IMG/VR virus record: IMGVR_UViG_3300022697_000100 | Coordinates: 1 to 32,113 of that record | DNA length: 32,113 nt | From: a virus | Lineage: Duplodnaviria; Caudoviricetes | Strand: one strand, 5' to 3' | Shown: positions 14,272 through 23,846 of the stretch, piece by piece | Position numbering within the stretch: the stretch's first letter is position 1 | Layout of the letters: each line of letters starts with the position of its first letter | Notes under the pieces: generated by a model | Told to the model about the DNA's origin: nothing | Seen by the model: only the letters and a program-made list of their open reading frames with translations | Database searches by the model: none | Program-made: the position numbers and the translations under genes

Positions 14272-16306
14272 CTGAGGATCCCTCTATATCATTTAAAAGT
14301 TGAGTCATTGCTTTAACGCTTTCAGGAACATTTCTGATTTTTCTTATTTTGGATAATCTAGGCGCCCATTCAGTGTCAAAAAGCATATCGCCCATTTTCA
14401 CTACGCTACGGTTAAATGCTGACTCCTCACCTGTAGCAACGGCACGTTGTATCGGGTTTGTCAGGAACCGCCTAATAGATATACCTATGCCTTTAATCTT
14501 TTCAGTGATTACATTTCTAACACCCGTCTGGCTTCCCCCTGGGCGTCCTTTTGCGGCCCTAATAAGAGCATCCTCTAAAAATAAAGCATTGGCCTGCTGT
14601 TCTTTATTTAATGCACCTAAGAATATATCTCGCTTTTGCCCGCTACCAAATAATGCTCTATGTATCTTTGCAGGGGCATTGTCTGGCGTTAACTTGTCGA
14701 TATCTAAATCTATATTTTTTAGTCTTTTTTGAGCTTCAACACGAACTATTGATCTCCATGCCGTCGGATCTTGTGCGTTAATTATTTTTTTTGTTTGCTG
14801 GATTATTGTTGGATTTGTTTCTGCTTGATCAAATACTAGGCCTGCAATTGATTTTAAATTAACATCCTTTACACCCGCTATTTTTCCTACAAGTGTTTTC
14901 TTAATCTCGTCAATTGGCTTGCTTATACTTTCAAATACTGCATTTGCTTTCTTGTACAATGGGCTTGCGCCTGTCATTTCAGCGACAAGCTTTTTTTGTA
15001 TTATCGTTAGCTGCCTTTTAACAGTGCTATCCAGTACTTTTCCAGCTGGTCCTTCAATCATATTATCTAGTTCAAACTTCACATTTTGCAGCTTCTTTAA
15101 TGGCGCCCCTTTAATAACTGTTTCGGCTTCATCCGATATAAGTCGACTTACTTTACTTAGCGATTTTTGCAGCGCCCCACCATCAGGTGCATCTTTTTGT
15201 GCTTTGTTTACTAAATCAATAATACTGCTCACATCTACATTTAGATTCTTCGCTTTTGCTTGCAGAAAGGCTTTACGGAACAGTGGCCCGCTACGTGTCT
15301 TTCTTGCCTTCTCCAAGCTGTCTATTCTTGATTTAGCAGCATCCCGCGCCCTTTGAGACCCAGTTTCAACAGACTTAGCGCTTGATATCTTCCCTAAAAA
15401 CTGATCAACAGCTGTCCCAATTTGCTTATTCTGCTTTAGCAATGCTCTGCGTGCTTTCCGAGCGGCGGCGGGTAATGATGCAATGAACGCCTGTTCTTCT
15501 ATCGCAAATGGGTCTAATGTTTTTTGTGCAGGGAATAGCTTTACGCCCGTTTTGGCCGTCGTCCTTTCAGCCTTTGAAATATCTTTGGATACTTCTGCAA
15601 TTGATGATTCTTCTGTGCGTAGTTTTTTAGCTATACGTGATCTCTGTACGCTTTCGACGACCTGGCCAATCTTCTCGCCTGCTGCACCTAACCCAGCCGA
15701 CAAAGCAACATCAGTCTTATCAAAGTCACCACCTAACGCTTCCTGGCCTGACTGTATGGCTGTTTCTGTCGCCCCTGCTGCCAATGCAGCCGCACCCACT
15801 TTTGCAGCACCTCTGATCGGTATTTGTGCTGCTTGGCCTGCTGGTGTAAACGCTGCAATAGCGGCACCACCTTGAGCTACATCCAAGGGTGATAAACCAG
15901 GCTTATTGATAACTGACTTAGCGCCATTACGGGTATTATTGGCTACAAATACACCAGGTGAATTTTCAGTAATCTTAATGTGAGGAAAAACTGAGTTTAA
16001 AATATTACCCATTTCACGTGAATCAGTTGTTACCGCTAAAGCAGCCGCTATTTTTGCAGTGTCAGCAACACTTTCACCCGAAAGAAGGCCGCCAAATCCC
16101 AATTCTGGTAAATCTTCCAGCTCTGGTTGATTTTCTGCCTGTCTTGTTTGAGTGATATCAAATTCCGGCGCTTCAGGTGGCAAATCTTCTGCTTGGTTCG
16201 CCGCTTGCCCTTGGTTGAGCGCATTACTCCACCGTCCTGTAGACTCTATAGGTTGTTCTGCGGCCTGTGGTGAAACTTGTGTAAGTGCGTCAGACCAGCG
16301 GCCCAT
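14261..16306 (-). CDS. DNA ejection protein (P22 gp16 position)
   Basis: 681-aa Ala/Gly-rich then helical basic protein; INKPGLS motif; synteny. Confidence 0.7.
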   Translation of the reverse strand: MGRWSDALTQVSPQAAEQPIESTGRWSNALNQGQAANQAEDLPPEAPEFDITQTRQAENQPELEDLPELGFGGLLSGESVADTAKIAAALAVTTDSREMGNILNSVFPHIKITENSPGVFVANNTRNGAKSVINKPGLSPLDVAQGGAAIAAFTPAGQAAQIPIRGAAKVGAAALAAGATETAIQSGQEALGGDFDKTDVALSAGLGAAGEKIGQVVESVQRSRIAKKLRTEESSIAEVSKDISKAERTTAKTGVKLFPAQKTLDPFAIEEQAFIASLPAAARKARRALLKQNKQIGTAVDQFLGKISSAKSVETGSQRARDAAKSRIDSLEKARKTRSGPLFRKAFLQAKAKNLNVDVSSIIDLVNKAQKDAPDGGALQKSLSKVSRLISDEAETVIKGAPLKKLQNVKFELDNMIEGPAGKVLDSTVKRQLTIIQKKLVAEMTGASPLYKKANAVFESISKPIDEIKKTLVGKIAGVKDVNLKSIAGLVFDQAETNPTIIQQTKKIINAQDPTAWRSIVRVEAQKRLKNIDLDIDKLTPDNAPAKIHRALFGSGQKRDIFLGALNKEQQANALFLEDALIRAAKGRPGGSQTGVRNVITEKIKGIGISIRRFLTNPIQRAVATGEESAFNRSVVKMGDMLFDTEWAPRLSKIRKIRNVPESVKAMTQLLNDIEGSSDDR

Positions 16307-17487
16307 TACTGATAACCTTCTGTTTGAAGCTGCTGTAATACCTCTTGCTCAGATAAACCTGAACCAAGCAATTCATCTCCTCTCGTCTCAGTATCATCAT
16401 CCCCGGCTGACACCCATAATGCATCCATACGTTTTGTATAGTCTTTGGTCCCCACCTGTACCCCTTCACGAAGAACTCGCCTACTAAGACGTAATGCACG
16501 GAGCTTTTTTGCTTCATACTGATCAAAAGCTGCCTGAAATCCTGTAAAATCTAAGTCCATATTAATGAATGATTTACGCAGCATTGAAAGCTCTGCTATT
16601 GCGGCTGCCGCTCCCGTTATTTCTTTACGATATGCATTGAATTCTTGTTCGACTTCATTATTTAAAAGCCTAAACCGTCTCGCTCTTTCCTTTCCTTCAG
16701 GACTACGATCAATTCCCAGTTTTTCCATTACCGATCCGGCTTTTTCTCTTATTTGTCCAAAATAGGTAAAAAACTCGGGATCAGCGAGTGCTCTAATTCT
16801 GCTTAAATTAGCCAAGGTGGTTTGTGCATTAATAACCACTTCTTGCTGCTTTCTAACAACAGGTTTTGCCAATGATTGGCGTACGTCTTGACCATCACCG
16901 CCTATTTGTATTTTGTCACCTGCTGCCGTAGTAAGGCTAATCCCTTTTTTTCTAGGCGGCTTAAATCCCTTTACCTCTTTCATCGAACCATCTTTTGCTA
17001 TTTGGATAAAGACGGGCTTCCCTTGTTCGTTGGTTCCTTGGATTGTTTTACCGTACAAAAACCCTGCCGACTTATCGCTTGATAGTGCTGTATCGCGTAT
17101 TACAGATGCGCGCTGTGGATCAAACCCACCACTAAACATTTCTCTTGTTTCTGGCTCTAAACGGGCTTTAATGGCCTCATACCCATTGGCCTGCTGTGAT
17201 TCGGGTAACTGAAGGACGGCATTCAATAATGAAGCTTCTTTCTTCAATTTAAGCTGGGTGTTTTTTAACCCACCTTCCTCGTTTATCTGCTTGAGTCTTT
17301 TAGTTGTGAGGGCAAATTTAGTCCTATTTTGTGACGCAGTTTCTGCCGCTTGAGAAAACACCTGATCTCTGCGCCGAGATTGCTGTCCCGCACCTTGGAT
17401 AGATTGGTCGTTTAATCTGTTTTGTTGGCCTGCTTGTGTTCCCTCAATAAGAGCATTTACAGGCTTTGGGAGTATTAGTTCAGCCAT
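16306..17487 (-). CDS. DNA ejection protein (P22 gp20 position)
   Basis: Helical Q/K-rich protein; synteny. Confidence 0.6.
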   Translation of the reverse strand: MAELILPKPVNALIEGTQAGQQNRLNDQSIQGAGQQSRRRDQVFSQAAETASQNRTKFALTTKRLKQINEEGGLKNTQLKLKKEASLLNAVLQLPESQQANGYEAIKARLEPETREMFSGGFDPQRASVIRDTALSSDKSAGFLYGKTIQGTNEQGKPVFIQIAKDGSMKEVKGFKPPRKKGISLTTAAGDKIQIGGDGQDVRQSLAKPVVRKQQEVVINAQTTLANLSRIRALADPEFFTYFGQIREKAGSVMEKLGIDRSPEGKERARRFRLLNNEVEQEFNAYRKEITGAAAAIAELSMLRKSFINMDLDFTGFQAAFDQYEAKKLRALRLSRRVLREGVQVGTKDYTKRMDALWVSAGDDDTETRGDELLGSGLSEQEVLQQLQTEGYQ

Positions 17488-17489
17488 TG

Positions 17490-18182
17490 TTAGCCAACCG
17501 CCGTAAGTGAGTTAATAGGGCGAAACTGTGAGGGGTTCCCGCCACCGGATCCGCCACCACCTCGACCTTTATTGAATGCATTAAGCCTAATAAATTGGTC
17601 TAGAGAATTATTAATTAAATTACCCTGATTTAAGAAATTTGTTGCCCTTGCATTACCGGCTGCTGATCTCTGATTGGAAATACCTTGATTAAATGCGCCT
17701 TGCTGTGCAATAAAATTCTGGCCCGCTGCACCACCTGCATTAACAGCATTTTGTCCCCTTCCTGATATTGCCAGCAACCTATTAATAACATTTCCTGTGG
17801 ATTGGCTGGATAGTCTTTGATTGAAACGAATTAAATCCTTGGCCTGCGCTCCCGTATTTAAGCGCCCTTGGCGTGCGGCTAGTCGGTTTATGGGCCTTTC
17901 GCCTTCTTCACGCTGCAACTGAATACCGGGATCATCTTGGATAACCGAGAAGTCGCCTTCCAGCACTCTGTTTAGCTGCTGATTCGCAAGCTGGCCAGTT
18001 TCTAGGAACGGCTGTAGATTCTGCTGAAATACGTCAAATTGACGCCTGTTTTCCTCTAGCTGTCTGTCGCCGAGGGCTATATTTTGGCTTGCCGCCGCCC
18101 CTTGAGCTTCGGCTGCTTTCTTGCTGGATTTTGAGCTAACAACAGCACTAACAACGATAGCACCTGCAACATAATAAGCCAT
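17490..18182 (-). CDS. DNA ejection/pilot protein (P22 gp7-like)
   Basis: Hydrophobic N-terminus, SSKKAAEAQ, QPFLETG, DPG motifs; Gly/Asn/Gln-rich. Confidence 0.8.
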   Translation of the reverse strand: MAYYVAGAIVVSAVVSSKSSKKAAEAQGAAASQNIALGDRQLEENRRQFDVFQQNLQPFLETGQLANQQLNRVLEGDFSVIQDDPGIQLQREEGERPINRLAARQGRLNTGAQAKDLIRFNQRLSSQSTGNVINRLLAISGRGQNAVNAGGAAGQNFIAQQGAFNQGISNQRSAAGNARATNFLNQGNLINNSLDQFIRLNAFNKGRGGGGSGGGNPSQFRPINSLTAVG

Positions 18183-18634
18183 TAGGTTACCTCCAACGAT
18201 TCAAGGTAATTTTCAGTGCTTTCAAAGGTCATTTTGCCCACCAACTTATCAATATCTGTTTCATTTTCTGGGTTTGCATGAACCGTCGTGAAAACGACAA
18301 TACTGTGCGTATAGATAGCCCTTTTTGTTCCTATTTTTGTAATCATCGTGTGCGGGGCTTCTATTTCAAAAGTGCCGTCTTCTGAATAAATTGTCATACT
18401 GCCACTAAGTAAAAAAGCTATATGCTCTGTGGCGTGGATCATCGTTGTTAGCGCCATATTAGCGGGCATCGTTATCTCACGACCATAAAGACCGGGCGCA
18501 AACCAGTGCTTATATCCCATGTCTTCTAAATGTAAGCAGTCATCTTGGGCAAGTAGGGCATTCTCTAGACTAAATATATTTCCCATTGCCTCGCCTACTG
18601 CTAATTCTGATTCTTTTTTGGCCACAACGCCCAT
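18182..18634 (-). CDS. cupin-fold protein in the tail module
   Basis: HWFAPGLYGREITMP..IH..EH..LLSG..GTKRA..TVH. Confidence 0.7.
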   Translation of the reverse strand: MGVVAKKESELAVGEAMGNIFSLENALLAQDDCLHLEDMGYKHWFAPGLYGREITMPANMALTTMIHATEHIAFLLSGSMTIYSEDGTFEIEAPHTMITKIGTKRAIYTHSIVVFTTVHANPENETDIDKLVGKMTFESTENYLESLEVT

Positions 18635-18984
18635 TAGTTAAACACTACGCCGCTTGCTGCATGAATGGTGAGTGCTGTAGCTGTGCCTGCTCTGGCTACC
18701 AAAGTATCTCCACTGCTCATATCTGGGACTGTAAAGCTCAAACGCCCATTAGCCGGTACTGTCTCGCCATTAATGAGCTTATTGGTATCATCTGCCGAAC
18801 CTGCCGATGGAACAATCCAGATTTCTAAGGTCGCCCCGGTTCCTGTCGTATTACAGACTACTGCTGATATGTTTTTAACAACACCTGCCGTCGAGGATGT
18901 AACCGCCGTGAATATCGTTTCATTGGCTGCATCATTAATTTCATTTGGTGCAAATAATTTACCGTAAGCGACTACGTTTGCCAT
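18634..18984 (-). CDS. small beta-rich virion protein
   Basis: Thr/Ala/Gly-rich beta sandwich pattern in the tail module. Confidence 0.7.
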   Translation of the reverse strand: MANVVAYGKLFAPNEINDAANETIFTAVTSSTAGVVKNISAVVCNTTGTGATLEIWIVPSAGSADDTNKLINGETVPANGRLSFTVPDMSSGDTLVARAGTATALTIHAASGVVFN

Positions 18985-19343
18985 GCTAAAGCCTCCAATT
19001 CTTGTAATCTATTTTCAATTTGATCATGGCTTATCTCTTCTATCAAAAGCGTTTCGTCTGCCGGTACGTTTGGCTGATTTACCAATAATGCCACTTCATC
19101 TATTTCATTTTTTGGTAATAAATTGTTCAGCATAGACGCCTCAAGATTCTGTATTCTGTCCAGCATTGTATCTAGCGTGTTACGTAATAGCCTGAACTCA
19201 TGCTGTAATGCTTCAAGTTCCGTGATGTCTAAACTAATTACGCTAGGCTGTACGACCGTCTCTATGTCGCGCAAAAACGCTACCGTTGCCCTACTGAAGC
19301 CTTTGGCTAAAAACTCTCTTTCCCACCCTCTAGAGGCTGCCAT
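18972..19343 (-). CDS. coiled-coil tail protein (tail-needle position)
   Basis: Heptad repeats; follows the gp10-like gene. Confidence 0.5.
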   Translation of the reverse strand: MAASRGWEREFLAKGFSRATVAFLRDIETVVQPSVISLDITELEALQHEFRLLRNTLDTMLDRIQNLEASMLNNLLPKNEIDEVALLVNQPNVPADETLLIEEISHDQIENRLQELEALAWQT

Positions 19344-20718
19344 AATAAAGCCCTATAATGTTTGTTCTTGTTGGTGCGCTTCCTGATATTCTAAATATCA
19401 TTTGATTGCGTGATCCACCTAGCCTCCGGGCTATTGCTCGACTGTTATAGCACCCTATTTTCCCCATACCGAATTGTCGTCCGGCTCGCCATACTCGGGC
19501 ATCATTCGACACCTCAAGTAAAATATCAGGATCAACTCCACCCGCTAAACCAACACCAGATTCAAAATCCATAAATAAATTAGGAATCTGCAAATACGTG
19601 CCATTATCATGGATTGGGGGGGTAATCATTTCCCACCGTAGTGGCTTTGTGTTTGCATCAAAATGGTACGTATTATCTAGCGTGTATAGCTGTCCTGTTT
19701 GGTAATCCCCTACGATGTGTTTGTCATCAAACCGAACATATGTTGATGCACGGTCTTTCTCATATTTGCCATTATTCCAATAAGCCTTTACATGCCATAC
19801 GTTTTCTTTTGCATCAAATACGAGCGATTCATTGTCTAAGTTGATTTGATAAAACTTATGGCCGCCATCTGAGTAGCTAAATGCAGTTACTGCTGATAGG
19901 TCTATATCTCGCAGCCGCTCACTGATTGATGGATCCGATATTTGTTGTGCATTATTTCCTACAGCCCGGTATATCTCTCGATCTGACCCCAACCAATAGA
20001 TCGTATTATCCATTTCAACAAGAGACCATCTAGCCCCTAATCCAAGCTCGTCGTTTACTGCCTCGGGTATCCTGACGAAAGGGAAATCACCCAAGTCACC
20101 ATTGAAGAATACCTCTATTGATCTAGACCCAAAAACCCATATTTGTTGATGTGTCGATATAACCCTAATTACATCATCGGGCCGCGCATTTGATGCGCCT
20201 GTCTCGGTTGAATCAAATGTTGTGCCGTCCAGTATTGAGGATATAAACCACTTACCTGTACCTGAATAATCATATATAAAATAACCATCTTGGTACTCTA
20301 CGTGGAATGCTGGCCCGGTGAGCGTGTTAGTTGATAAGCTACCTCCTGCCACATACGTATGCTGAGTAGTCGTGCCATTTGTTATTACTAATTGTGGACC
20401 TGACTCTCGGTCGTTTATTTTCATACCCACTAAACCAGAACCAGTAATTGTTCCAATTAAAGTAGACACCAGTGACTTTGTAATCGAATAAAGCTCTGCT
20501 CCTGATACGCAATACAAGACCCTATCTAATTCAAGAGTGCCGCGTATTGGCCCACTTCCTACCGTAATGTAATCTCGCTTTCCGCCCACTTTATGAATAA
20601 TTACCGGACTCTTGGCGTCTGGCTGCAATGTCTCAAGATACATATTCGTTAGAGACTGCGTACTTTCAGGTAATGACCTGTTTTTAAATATGCGCGTCCC
20701 TAAGTTTATCGGTGTCAT
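19330..20718 (-). CDS. tail hub / DNA stabilisation protein (P22 gp10-like)
   Basis: 462 aa beta-propeller-like; GPIRG, DGYFI, FGSRSIEVF, GHKFY, MGKIG.Y..R...RRLG. Confidence 0.88.
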   Translation of the reverse strand: MTPINLGTRIFKNRSLPESTQSLTNMYLETLQPDAKSPVIIHKVGGKRDYITVGSGPIRGTLELDRVLYCVSGAELYSITKSLVSTLIGTITGSGLVGMKINDRESGPQLVITNGTTTQHTYVAGGSLSTNTLTGPAFHVEYQDGYFIYDYSGTGKWFISSILDGTTFDSTETGASNARPDDVIRVISTHQQIWVFGSRSIEVFFNGDLGDFPFVRIPEAVNDELGLGARWSLVEMDNTIYWLGSDREIYRAVGNNAQQISDPSISERLRDIDLSAVTAFSYSDGGHKFYQINLDNESLVFDAKENVWHVKAYWNNGKYEKDRASTYVRFDDKHIVGDYQTGQLYTLDNTYHFDANTKPLRWEMITPPIHDNGTYLQIPNLFMDFESGVGLAGGVDPDILLEVSNDARVWRAGRQFGMGKIGCYNSRAIARRLGGSRNQMIFRISGSAPTRTNIIGLYYGSL

Positions 20719-21113
20719 GAGTCTGTATTGATGTTATATCCAACATTCGTGAGTATTTGCAGTCCTGGCTCTAGCTGTAATTCGCCCGGCTCATCATATT
20801 TTTGTAATATGTTTCGGTAGTATTCATCTGCGAGCTTAATAATAAATAGCCCATTTGAGTTTGGATATTCGAGCAATAATATCTTTGATAAGTTGTAGAC
20901 GACCGCATCTTCATCAGATATATCTGTTGGCACTGTGTCGGTTAATGTAACCTCTCCACGTGCTATTTCTATTCCTGAATCTAACCACCGTGACAACATT
21001 GCATTAAGGTCGGCCAATGCATCTGTAGACATGTCTGACGGCACAGTTTCCCCCGCCATCAATGCGTTGATCTTGCGTAATGATCGGCCAATTATTTGTA
21101 ACGCGGTGCTCAT
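20715..21113 (-). CDS. head-tail adaptor (P22 gp4-like)
   Basis: II..SLRKI...GE...DAL..LN.ML..W...G; A..YNL motif. Confidence 0.82.
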   Translation of the reverse strand: MSTALQIIGRSLRKINALMAGETVPSDMSTDALADLNAMLSRWLDSGIEIARGEVTLTDTVPTDISDEDAVVYNLSKILLLEYPNSNGLFIIKLADEYYRNILQKYDEPGELQLEPGLQILTNVGYNINTDS

Positions 21114-21256
21114 TCAGATTTTTCTGCTTCCTTCTGCTTTGGGTGGTATTTATTTTCGGTGATCTTCTTCCAACCATTCAGCATATCGAGTCGCGCTTCT
21201 TCAACTGCGTGCGCTATCTTCTTTCCGTGCGTTGGATGTTCTAAATATATTTGCAT
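21110..21256 (-). CDS. small conserved head-module protein (48 aa, MQIYLEHPTHGKKIA...NGW)
   Basis: Hand-translated; GAGGA RBS; ATGA coupling to the adaptor. Confidence 0.75.
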   Translation of the reverse strand: MQIYLEHPTHGKKIAHAVEEARLDMLNGWKKITENKYHPKQKEAEKSE

Positions 21257-21272
21257 TACTAGTCCTCAATTA

Positions 21273-21290
21273 GCCCCCCTTTCGGAGGGC
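21273..21290 (-). terminator. GAAA-tetraloop hairpin after the head genes (weak terminator or stabiliser)
   Basis: GCCCTCC-GAAA-GGGGGGC on minus; no good U tract. Confidence 0.45.
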
Positions 21291-21296
21291 ATTTGT

Positions 21297-21788
21297 TTAT
21301 GCGAAGGGTGTTGCTAGTGTGCCTGAACTGGCCACTAAGCCTGAGCAATTCCACACGGTTGAACTAATACACTCAAACACTACCCGTGTGCCAATTAGGC
21401 CGCCTGTGGTTGTCCCATTCATTGAGATGGTTACATCGCTTGTCGGATCGGCAAACTGACCTTCAGACACCGCTGTGGTGTCGATCATTTGCTGAATCCC
21501 GCCACCGATGAACGTGGTTGCTGCATCTGTTACAACAGAATGTGCGTTACTTGTCACCGATACTGAAACAAGAAATACGAACGTCATTCCTACAACCGGC
21601 GCTGGTAACGTGTACGCAATTCCTGCCGCACCATCCCACAAAAATACACCGCCTGATTCATCAGCTTTTAGTGTGCGTGTTGCCGCACCGCTGGCCGTTA
21701 CTTCCTTGTGTAATCCAGGGGCAATACACCCGCCACTTACATTGCTTCCTAACTGCTCGATATCTGTTCCTAATGGATGTGCTGACAT
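21297..21788 (-). CDS. putative capsid decoration protein
   Basis: Directly after the coat gene; TLPAPVVG..F.F and NGTTTGG motifs; beta-rich. Confidence 0.6.
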   Translation of the reverse strand: MSAHPLGTDIEQLGSNVSGGCIAPGLHKEVTASGAATRTLKADESGGVFLWDGAAGIAYTLPAPVVGMTFVFLVSVSVTSNAHSVVTDAATTFIGGGIQQMIDTTAVSEGQFADPTSDVTISMNGTTTGGLIGTRVVFECISSTVWNCSGLVASSGTLATPFA

Positions 21789-21799
21789 GATCTGCCTCC

Positions 21800-22987
21800 T
21801 TATCCTGTTATGCGTACAGCGAGTTGTGGACGGATCGTCTTGAATCCGTGGAGGATATCAATACGGGTCGGAATGTTATCGTTGTTGATATCATATTGAC
21901 GAACTAAACGAACACTCAAGCCATCCATCATCTCGCGGCCTGCAAAATGTACCCCTTGTGGCATTTCTAAATCAGCCGTTGCAAAAGCAAAAGCTTCTTT
22001 GTGATAAGCCAAATGTTGAGGGTATGCGGTTGATGCTGCACCTGAAAATACGATTGCATCATTATCAGCAGGCAGTGCGCTAATGTTTTGCTTTGCCCCT
22101 GTAGAACGCAAAGGCGGCTCAAAGCTCATTACCGTAGTTGTTGGAGTCGTTGCTGCGGTCACCACAAACTGCTTAAGGTGGCTGTATGCCTGCTTAGTTT
22201 CTGGGTGGACATCAAACACTGTCGCAATAGTAAAGACTGAACCTACAGTCGGTGCGGCGGTCATCCCGTCAATTACTAGAGTTGTATCACCGTCAGCAAT
22301 GGCCGTTTCGTCTACCGCACCTGCTACATCAGCACCATTAGTATGAGTGTAAATACGGTCTTGCTCATACCATGTAAGTCCTGAGTTGTGCGATATAACG
22401 CCATCAGTGTATTGCTTTGATATCGCACCCGGAGCATTAAATAAACCCGAAAACGCGTTGATCATGGTAGACATAGCAATCGAATCGAGTTGAACGCTTC
22501 GATTCTTATCTTTCGGTGCTAGTGCTTGGTTTAGTTTGGCTTTCGCCTCACCAAATGTCAGCATACTTGCGGGGGTAGTTCCTGGTGTGCCGACCTGCTG
22601 ATAAACGTCTTTGGTGACTGCTGATAGCATTGAGAATTCAATATCAGACACAAGAACCGATACAGCAGGCTCAATGATACGTGTTGAAAAGTCTTGTAGA
22701 TCCAAGGTTAATTCAGCACTGGAAAAGGTCATATCTACACCTTTCTGTGTAGATACTACCAAATCAACACTGGTTTCTGCTGTGTCTTGAGCGGCTAGTA
22801 CTTTGCCTGTGCGGACGGTGTATTCATTAGGTAAACGTATCTTTAACGTGTCCCCAATTTTCGCGCCTGTTTTTGCATACGAATCATCGTAACTGCGATT
22901 GATTGTACTGATGAATGTTAGTTTTTCGTGGAGTACCCGCTGCACTTCGCGAGTGACCGCTGTGGGCGTTAGGATTGCATTAGCCAT
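21800..22987 (-). CDS. major capsid protein (P22 gp5 family)
   Basis: MANAILT, KIGDTLKIRLP, HKEAFAFAT, RIDIL.G...RP motifs. Confidence 0.93.
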   Translation of the reverse strand: MANAILTPTAVTREVQRVLHEKLTFISTINRSYDDSYAKTGAKIGDTLKIRLPNEYTVRTGKVLAAQDTAETSVDLVVSTQKGVDMTFSSAELTLDLQDFSTRIIEPAVSVLVSDIEFSMLSAVTKDVYQQVGTPGTTPASMLTFGEAKAKLNQALAPKDKNRSVQLDSIAMSTMINAFSGLFNAPGAISKQYTDGVISHNSGLTWYEQDRIYTHTNGADVAGAVDETAIADGDTTLVIDGMTAAPTVGSVFTIATVFDVHPETKQAYSHLKQFVVTAATTPTTTVMSFEPPLRSTGAKQNISALPADNDAIVFSGAASTAYPQHLAYHKEAFAFATADLEMPQGVHFAGREMMDGLSVRLVRQYDINNDNIPTRIDILHGFKTIRPQLAVRITG

Positions 22988-22989
22988 GT

Positions 22990-23055
22990 CGGAACCTCTA
23001 TTTTAAGATAATGTTACGCATTATTAACGGTCGCGTTTATTACCGGGAGGTTCCG
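22990..23055 (-). promoter_or_regulatory. RNA structure sequestering the coat RBS
   Basis: Perfect 9-bp CGGAACCTC/GAGGTTCCG stem enclosing two hairpins. Confidence 0.6.
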
Positions 23056-23103
23056 CAGCCTCTTTTTCGGAAATGCAGGGTTTAGCGTTCCCAGAAACGT
23101 TTG

Positions 23104-23835
23104 TTAGCCGTGAACTTGCTTATTACGTCTTTTCATCCATTCGTTAATAGATAGATTATCTCCGTCTACTATCGGTACTTCTCCACCACCTATTCCATCA
23201 GGTATGGGTTCGGGGGCTTGTGTAATTGTATTAGGCTTGTCAAATCCCAGTTCAATTTTCATCATTTCCCGTTGTGCTGAATAATCATCCATTTGCGAGA
23301 TTGCGTATGCTTTCTCTGGATTCTTACCCAAGTGATAAGCGATTGCTGGACCGTTTTCTGACTCCGAAATAACATTAGCCATTGACTCACTAATCGGCAA
23401 TGTCGCGCTACGTGCTATCTCATCGTAATCATCAAACTGTGTAGCAAACTTCGCCTCTCTCGATGCAAACTCCTTAGCCTTTTTAGCGTTAACATCTGCT
23501 AAAGCACCCTCTTCTGCTTGCTTATCCCTTTCGGAGATTATCCGTTTTGCTACAACCTCGGCTCTTTGGTCTATCACCGCTTGATCGAATGAATCTTGAT
23601 CATAATCGTGATTTTCCAGCGTTGGTTCTACTTCTGGTGCGTTGTTAAATGTATCTAATTTCGTCTGAAGCTCTACATTTTGCTTCTTAACTAAATCCGC
23701 TTCTTGTATTGCTTCATACTTTTGTCGAGTAATCTTATCAATCCGTGACTGTAAATTACTCTTTTGAGCTTCCTGTGGCTCTACTTCTATTTCAGGATTA
23801 CTTTCTGTCTCAAGGACAGTTTCTTCATCTGACAT
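23104..23835 (-). CDS. scaffolding protein
   Basis: Acidic coiled coil, RIDKIT, SENGPAIAYHLGKNP, terminal basic helix; between portal and coat. Confidence 0.85.
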   Translation of the reverse strand: MSDEETVLETESNPEIEVEPQEAQKSNLQSRIDKITRQKYEAIQEADLVKKQNVELQTKLDTFNNAPEVEPTLENHDYDQDSFDQAVIDQRAEVVAKRIISERDKQAEEGALADVNAKKAKEFASREAKFATQFDDYDEIARSATLPISESMANVISESENGPAIAYHLGKNPEKAYAISQMDDYSAQREMMKIELGFDKPNTITQAPEPIPDGIGGGEVPIVDGDNLSINEWMKRRNKQVHG

Positions 23836-23846
23836 GAGTTACCTCA

